Source: a candidate division WOR-3 bacterium (lineage in GTDB: Bacteria; SDB-A). Taken from it: 64,000 nucleotides of DNA. The stretch covers positions 1-64,000 of the forward strand of contig JAFGSQ010000007.1 of NCBI GenBank assembly GCA_016934535.1, written 5' to 3'. Shown one piece after another: positions 58,065-64,000 of this stretch (its first letter is position 1; the number at the start of each line of letters is the position of its first letter). Position numbers and translations under genes: made by a program. The notes below the pieces were generated by a model, which had not been told where the DNA came from, searched no databases, and saw only the letters and a program-made list of their open reading frames with translations.

Positions 58065-59352
58065 CTGTTAATTCTCCTAGCTCGGGATCTCTCGCGCCCA
58101 TGGTTACAAGGGCTCCGAAAGAAGAGAAATCCAGTCTCTTTAAATTGATATTTCCTTCAGTGACTGCTACTTCCTTATTGAGCGATTTTACTGTTTTTTC
58201 GAGAAATTTTGAATCCCATAGTCTTTCTGTCACAGTTCCTCCGGAATAGAATACTTCGAGAATGTGAAGTCGGTCGCATTTCCCGAGGGAATCTGAAAAA
58301 GACTTCGCGATTTCAAATCCGAAATTCTTCAGCGGGCCGAAACCGTGAGGTTTGAATACTACAAAAAGATTTTCATGAATTTCTTTCAGGGCTTTAAGAG
58401 AAGCCTTTATTTTTGCCGGATTGTGTGCAAAGTCGTCGTAAATACAGGTGCCGCCGTTTTTCCCTTTGTATTCGAGTCTTCTTTTAATGACTGGTATGCA
58501 TTCCAGCGCACTTTTTATTACAGAAAGGTCTATTCCGTTCTCGAGCGCCGCAGTTTTTGCCGACATGCAGTTTTCGATGTTGTGGTCGCCGAAAAGAGGG
58601 ATTCTGTATACTTCATCATTGCTTACGAATTCGGTCCAGATTGTCCCTTGTGATTCTTTTTGCCGCGAAAGAATCCTGTTTTCAGTACTGTATACAGTGC
58701 CGCAACAAATGCTTGAAGCGCAGGAAGTGTGAACCAGGCACTTTTTACTGTTGAGGCAGAAATCGGTGAAGTGCTTCCTGAGCTTATCCGTGTCAAAATG
58801 ATCACTCGAAATATTCAACAGCAATCCGGTATCCGGTCTGTATAGCGGAAGAGTGCCATCGCTTTCATCGGCTTCGACAATGAAAAAATTTTCGGTATCT
58901 TTAAAATCGGGCGGTGAACCTTCGTTCCCTGTTAAAACTGCAGGTTTACGCCCCGCATGCCTGAATATGTGCCCGATTATCACGGCCGTTGTCGTCTTGC
59001 CGCTGGTTCCCGCCACGCAAATCGAATTCCCCGTTTTTATCAACGAAACAAGAATTTCAGATCTCAAATATACGGGTAATTTCAATGCCGTTGCTTTTCT
59101 TATAACCGGAGTCGAATTCTCCACAGCCGGACTTCTCACAAGGATTGAACACTCACTTATAGCGTCACTGTCTTCTCTGACAATATCTATTCCAAGGCCG
59201 GCGAGACACTTTTTGCGAATCTGGGCTCTGCCGGAATCGAAAAGCCTGTCGGATCCTGTTAGAAGATATTTTTTTGATGAAAGGTAAGCGGCAAGAGTGA
59301 ACATCCCCGAGCCGGCGATACCTGAGAGGTATATCCTTTCATCGGGATGCAT
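58030..59352 (-). CDS. Mur ligase, MurC/Mpl-like
   Basis: GIAGSGM, GSD, VAGTSGKTTT, EADESDG, NISSDH, RRLE, DDFAHNPAKI, PHGFGP; ATG 59352 (track start 59376). Confidence 0.85.
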   Translation of the reverse strand: MHPDERIYLSGIAGSGMFTLAAYLSSKKYLLTGSDRLFDSGRAQIRKKCLAGLGIDIVREDSDAISECSILVRSPAVENSTPVIRKATALKLPVYLRSEILVSLIKTGNSICVAGTSGKTTTAVIIGHIFRHAGRKPAVLTGNEGSPPDFKDTENFFIVEADESDGTLPLYRPDTGLLLNISSDHFDTDKLRKHFTDFCLNSKKCLVHTSCASSICCGTVYSTENRILSRQKESQGTIWTEFVSNDEVYRIPLFGDHNIENCMSAKTAALENGIDLSVIKSALECIPVIKRRLEYKGKNGGTCIYDDFAHNPAKIKASLKALKEIHENLFVVFKPHGFGPLKNFGFEIAKSFSDSLGKCDRLHILEVFYSGGTVTERLWDSKFLEKTVKSLNKEVAVTEGNINLKRLDFSSFGALVTMGARDPELGELTDEIAEKKPGQL

Positions 59353-59425
59353 AATTACACCTGATTGCGGCGTCAAGTTACACCGCGCAAAAAATAAAAA
59401 AGTTCTTTCATTTTATCTTTACCGT

Positions 59426-61258
59426 TTATTTTAAAATAAGAATACTCAAGTGAAAAGCTTCATCATCTGTCTTTACGAAATAAACTCCGTCAGGTAAAGT
59501 TGATCCGCTTGAAGTCGTTCCCTGCCAAAAAAACGCCTCTCCCGGAGAAATGCACTTTGAGAACACTTTTCTTCCCGAAACGTCGTATACGAAAATAGAG
59601 CCATCGTATAAAAAAGAAAACGCAGTAAAACCTGAAGTTCCGTGCCTCCGGAATATCATCGGAATTTCAAATTCAGCCGTTTCTTCGCGTAAAACAGGGA
59701 TTTTTCTGAAAAAAAGCTTGTCGTCAGGGTCGAGGGTGATTGAATCCGGATTTATTATGCCGAGATTGATCAGTTCACTGTCGCTTTCTATCCATGTTTC
59801 ATACGAACAGTATATCTCGTTATTTTTCCATACCGCTATTTCGAGAGGAAGTCTGTAAATTTTTCCGCTCCAGGAAAACTGGGAGATTAGAATTTTCAAG
59901 GAATCACATTCAACATTCCATCGGAAATACAGGCACGGGTAGTCAACACCTCTCAGCCATTGATCAAAGAACCAGGCGAGATTTTCTCCGCTCGTGTTTT
60001 CAAAAGCGGCGAGAAGATCTTCGGAAGAAGCATTTTTCCAGATATGACAATCGTAGAAATTTTTCATTGAAAGAAAAAAAACGCTGTCTCCGACAATTTC
60101 TCTAAGCATCCTGTAAAACCATGCGCCTTTCCAGTATACGTTCAGGCCGAAAGGATTCGGACTGCCGATTATCGGCCAGTGGTAATTATCGTCCCAGTTC
60201 AGAGCAGATTCTCTCATGTACAGAAGCCTTTCTCTGAAAGCAGCTTCACCTCTGATCTCATAAGCGGCGAGGAGTTCGTAATATGATGCGGTGCCTTCGT
60301 TTATGAACATCTCGGAATAATCGCTGCAAGTTACTGCGTTTCCCCACCAAGTGTGCGCAATTTCGTGGGCATGAACGAGAGTGGCCGACCAGCTTCCGGG
60401 AGAATACCTGATGCATGTTTGGTTTTCCATCGCTCCTCTGCCTCCCGACTGACACTGACCTATTTTCTCTTTCGAAAAAGGATGAGGGGCTATTATGGAT
60501 TCAAAAAAACCGATTATTATCTCTGAACTGTCCAGCATTAGTTGCGCGAGGTTTTCGTGACCTTTTATCGAATAGTAAATTAGGTTGCCGGCGTCAGTGT
60601 TTTTTTCAAGTAAAGTATAATCCGAACACATAACCGCCACGAGATAAGTCGCAATAGGGTAATTGTGTTCCCATCTGTATTTCAACTTCTGGCCGTAAAC
60701 TGTGTCGATGGATGCGAGATTCCCGTTTGAAACAGCGTACAGCGCCGAGGGGACGGTAATTGAAACATTTATCCCGCTGTCAGCTTTCTCACCGCAAAAA
60801 TCCACACAGGGCCACCACTGTTTTGAAGCCTGTAAAACTTCCACATCAGTGAAAAAACCACCAAAAGCCTGATAGAGACCGAACTCAGGTCTGCCACAAT
60901 AATAGGTCGTAATTTCAAACGCAACACCGGAATCGACGGGATTCGGAAAATGTAAATTCACTGTGTCTCCGGTCCTGGAAAAATTTGCCTGATTGAGCTC
61001 TTGAAAAATGACGCTGTCAATCCGCATCTTTGTTCCGAGATGGAATTCCGCAGACGACAGACGACGCATGGCTATGGATTTCATCCTGCATTTGCCCTCT
61101 AAAGAATCGAAAGGCTCGAAAAATTCCAGATCCAATTCATATTTAATTACATCAAAACCGGTTGAATTCGCTTCGCCGCCGTAAGAAAAGCCGGAAAACT
61201 TGTTTTCTTCGGGAAAAAATACGTGACAAACAATAATAAGCAAAAAAGAAGAAATCAG
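59426..61258 (-). CDS. M1 family aminopeptidase with FlgD/T9SS-like CTD
   Basis: GAMEN, HEIAHTWWGN...INEG (HExxH-x18-E), YWKGAW; CTD VYDVSGRKV...LPDGVYF. Probable CTG start at 61258 (track TTG 61243). Confidence 0.9.
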   Translation of the reverse strand: MISSFLLIIVCHVFFPEENKFSGFSYGGEANSTGFDVIKYELDLEFFEPFDSLEGKCRMKSIAMRRLSSAEFHLGTKMRIDSVIFQELNQANFSRTGDTVNLHFPNPVDSGVAFEITTYYCGRPEFGLYQAFGGFFTDVEVLQASKQWWPCVDFCGEKADSGINVSITVPSALYAVSNGNLASIDTVYGQKLKYRWEHNYPIATYLVAVMCSDYTLLEKNTDAGNLIYYSIKGHENLAQLMLDSSEIIIGFFESIIAPHPFSKEKIGQCQSGGRGAMENQTCIRYSPGSWSATLVHAHEIAHTWWGNAVTCSDYSEMFINEGTASYYELLAAYEIRGEAAFRERLLYMRESALNWDDNYHWPIIGSPNPFGLNVYWKGAWFYRMLREIVGDSVFFLSMKNFYDCHIWKNASSEDLLAAFENTSGENLAWFFDQWLRGVDYPCLYFRWNVECDSLKILISQFSWSGKIYRLPLEIAVWKNNEIYCSYETWIESDSELINLGIINPDSITLDPDDKLFFRKIPVLREETAEFEIPMIFRRHGTSGFTAFSFLYDGSIFVYDVSGRKVFSKCISPGEAFFWQGTTSSGSTLPDGVYFVKTDDEAFHLSILILK

Positions 61259-61448
61259 TTAAAAAACCTCCTTTAATATTTATTTATATATTCTTTGCCG
61301 TTTGTTTTCAAATAAATACTTAAACAAACACAAGATTTCATAACTTTGCATAAACTTGACATGTTCAGATTAAGATGTTATTCCTAAATTGGTGAAAAAC
61401 TGACATGTATTGATTTCAAGGGCGGTTTAAAAGGACCGGTTATATAGG

Positions 61449-62693
61449 ATGAGAAAGCTTTTTAAAGACATAGCTCGGGTCGTGTCTATGGATGAAGGTG
61501 ACGTCCCGAAAAGAGGCGGCGATTTGAGTAAAATCGGATTAAGGGACGGTGTAGATATACTTATTGAAAACGGAGTTATCAGGGAGATTTTTCCTTCGGG
61601 AAGATACGGCGCTTCTGATGTCGATGCGGTATTCAGCGCGGAGGGTTTGACCGCCCTTCCGGGGCTTGTAGATTCTCATACTCATTCTGTTTTTTTTGGA
61701 TCGAGAGTCGACGAGTTTTACGAACGAACCAGGGGAAAAACCTACCTGGAAATCCTTGAATCAGGCGGAGGCATCCTGAGCACAGTCAAAAGCGTAAGGA
61801 ATGCTTCTTACAATGATATTGAAGCTTTTTCCTCGGGCTTAATGGATTCTTTCATCGAAAACGGAACAACGACAGTTGAAATTAAATCGGGTTACGGTTT
61901 GACTGAAAAAGACGAGATTAAAATGCTGGAGGTAATATCAAATCTCTCAAAAAAAGGAACTGTAGATACTGTCCCGACATTTCTCGGCGCTCACGCTTTA
62001 CCTGATGAATACAAAAACAAAAAAGACGCGTATGTTGATCTGGTTGCAGAAAAGATGATACCGCAGATTTCTCAAAATAGGTTGGCAAAATACTGCGACG
62101 TATTCTGTGAAAAAGGCGCTTTTAGTGTTTCAGACGCTCGAAAGATAGCCGAATCGGCGGTCGGAAACGGTCTCAGAATGAAATTTCATTCTGAACAGTT
62201 TACGAGATCCGGAACTACGGATCTCGCCGTCGAATTTGGCGCTTCGTCTGTGGATCACTGCATTGAAATGAATGAGCAAGACATTGAAAAACTGTCGAAA
62301 ACGGATACTGTCATGATATTACTTCCCGGCAGCGAGCTGGTTTTGAATCAGAATAAATTCGCACCCGCGAGAAAGGCGATCGAAGGGAACTGTGTGGTAG
62401 CACTTGCAACGGATTTCAATCCCGGGAGCTGCCCCATTCAATCCCTCTGGTTGATAGGAAGTCTTGCGGTTTTAAAAATGGCAATGTCGTTCGAAGAGGT
62501 CCTCAACTCGATAACTGTCAACGCAGCATATTCTGCAGGAATACAAAACAGGGCAGGAATGTTGAAAGAAGGATTACAGGCAGACATAATATTCGTAGAA
62601 GCACCGTATTTGAATGAACTTTTTTATTTTGTCGGCAGTAATCCGGTTAAAATCGTTGTCAAAAACGGAAAGGTCATCAGATCGGTATTATGA
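61449..62693 (+). CDS. hutI: Imidazolonepropionase
   Basis: PGLVDSHTH, GGGILSTV, EIKSGYGL, TFLGAHA, DVFCE.GAF, HSEQ, ATDFNPGS. Confidence 0.95.
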   Translation: MRKLFKDIARVVSMDEGDVPKRGGDLSKIGLRDGVDILIENGVIREIFPSGRYGASDVDAVFSAEGLTALPGLVDSHTHSVFFGSRVDEFYERTRGKTYLEILESGGGILSTVKSVRNASYNDIEAFSSGLMDSFIENGTTTVEIKSGYGLTEKDEIKMLEVISNLSKKGTVDTVPTFLGAHALPDEYKNKKDAYVDLVAEKMIPQISQNRLAKYCDVFCEKGAFSVSDARKIAESAVGNGLRMKFHSEQFTRSGTTDLAVEFGASSVDHCIEMNEQDIEKLSKTDTVMILLPGSELVLNQNKFAPARKAIEGNCVVALATDFNPGSCPIQSLWLIGSLAVLKMAMSFEEVLNSITVNAAYSAGIQNRAGMLKEGLQADIIFVEAPYLNELFYFVGSNPVKIVVKNGKVIRSVL

Positions 62694-64000
62694 AAAAAGA
62701 AGAAGTCGAAATATTTAAAAAGCTTTTCGAAACCGGGAAATGGGAAGAAGCTCTCAGGTTCAGCGAAAAAATGCAGGAAGAAGACATCTCCTTGGAATTC
62801 AGATCTGTAATTTATTTCAACACCGGTCAGAAAAAAAGAGGCGAAGACATATCGTCAGAACTCATAAAGGAATACATAAAAAAACATGATTTTTTCGAGT
62901 GTCTAGCATTTATGGAGCTGATGAGGGTGTTTTCGAAAAAGAACTACAGAAATTATTTCAAGGTTCAAAACAGGATTTCGATACAAGCCAAGTTCTGGTC
63001 AGGATTGTTCGATGTCATTAGGGATGTTTTTATAACATACGGTTCCGACGCCGAAAGCGTCGTTCTGTACATAGAATCCCTGAAACAGTATGTCAAGCAG
63101 AATACAGAAGTACTTAAAATGCTTGAAGATATTATCACCATAGTTAAAACCAAGAAAGTGATAGAAACTGTTTCAGCCAAAGACGTAGCCCAGGGACTCG
63201 ATTTTTCTGTGCCGAAATATCTCGAAAAGATAGGTTCAAATGAGAACGCCGCTTATTCTTACATAAAATTAGCAAAAAAAGCAGTCGAACTCAGAAGATT
63301 CGACGAGTTAAAGAACTCCATAGAATCACTCGAAAGACTCGGCTACGGAGGACTTATCGAAGTCAAAGAATTGAAAAAAACTTTAGACAACGGTCATAAA
63401 ACTGATTTTTCGGGCAGTACAGGCAAAAGCATTTCTGAAACTGTTATAAATTTCATTGACGGCATATACGACAGTATTCCCGTTGAAGCTCCCGAAAACC
63501 ACGTAAAACTCGCGCAGTCCCTGTTTAAAAGAGCTCTTTACGAGCAAACTAAGAACGAATATCTTCTTTCAGTCCTGACATATTCCGTAGGACAGAGAAA
63601 GACCTATATCGAGAATCTTTTTTCAGAACTGTCAAATCTGGACATAGACTGGGCCAACGAGGTCATGGACTTTTTTCTCAGTTCCGGCAGGATAAATCAA
63701 AGTGAAATAAAATCAATAAAGGTGCGCAAACCTATTTCGACTGATCAGGATGTTCTCGATCTTACAAGGGAGATTATGACGACAATGGAGAAAACGGATC
63801 TTTTTTCAGAAACCAGAAATCCAGACGAATCGAAAACAACCATCGGATTATATACCAAAAACGAAAGCGCTCCTCACTCGATCACCCCGAGCACAGACAT
63901 GAATCAAGTGTCAGATGATTTCATACAAAAAACGAACGCATCCTTGGCTATAACTGAGGATACTCCGGAAATAAAAAATATTCCTGCACTTGAACCTCAT
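62690..64000 (+). CDS. Hypothetical alpha-helical (TPR-like) protein, partial; appears to run off the right edge
   Basis: ATG overlaps the hutI stop (ATGA); translates MKKEEVEIFKKLFETGKWEEALRFSEK...; absent from the ORF track, consistent with no stop before the edge. Confidence 0.7.
   Translation, partial: MKKEEVEIFKKLFETGKWEEALRFSEKMQEEDISLEFRSVIYFNTGQKKRGEDISSELIKEYIKKHDFFECLAFMELMRVFSKKNYRNYFKVQNRISIQAKFWSGLFDVIRDVFITYGSDAESVVLYIESLKQYVKQNTEVLKMLEDIITIVKTKKVIETVSAKDVAQGLDFSVPKYLEKIGSNENAAYSYIKLAKKAVELRRFDELKNSIESLERLGYGGLIEVKELKKTLDNGHKTDFSGSTGKSISETVINFIDGIYDSIPVEAPENHVKLAQSLFKRALYEQTKNEYLLSVLTYSVGQRKTYIENLFSELSNLDIDWANEVMDFFLSSGRINQSEIKSIKVRKPISTDQDVLDLTREIMTTMEKTDLFSETRNPDESKTTIGLYTKNESAPHSITPSTDMNQVSDDFIQKTNASLAITEDTPEIKNIPALEPH

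Noticed and set aside
61356-61410. Repeated TGACATGT upstream of hutI as a HutC operator
   Set aside because: Only 8 bp, overlaps a likely -35 TTGACA and does not match the HutC-type TGTA-N2-TACA pattern; insufficient support.

Overview
Gene-dense chromosomal window from an anaerobic, diderm, peptide-degrading bacterium. Evidence: PFOR, a Kdo-type pathway gene, beta-barrel proteins, and four secreted peptidases with a shared T9SS/FlgD-like C-terminal domain. An FCB-adjacent lineage such as WOR-3 is a guess. About 40 CDS are supported; I saw no rRNA, tRNA, CRISPR array or transposase. Main leads: (1) a divergent KdsA-family synthase translationally coupled to a transaldolase/FSA-fold domain fused to KdsD-type CBS domains, both with altered active-site motifs, suggesting a non-canonical ulosonic-acid route; (2) a bacterial Elp3 head-to-head with a Trm9/ALKBH8-like methyltransferase, separated by a tandem TGTGA-N5-TCACA palindrome, suggesting a bacterial mcm5U34 module; (3) a variant ynbABC-like lipid cluster with an acyl-CoA synthetase-ACP-acyltransferase fusion; (4) a candidate ~80 nt sRNA with its own promoter and terminator; (5) a cyclase-AAA-TPR gene split by a single in-frame TAA; (6) probable ATT and CTG start codons. 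All family calls come from motif recognition by eye, not database searches.
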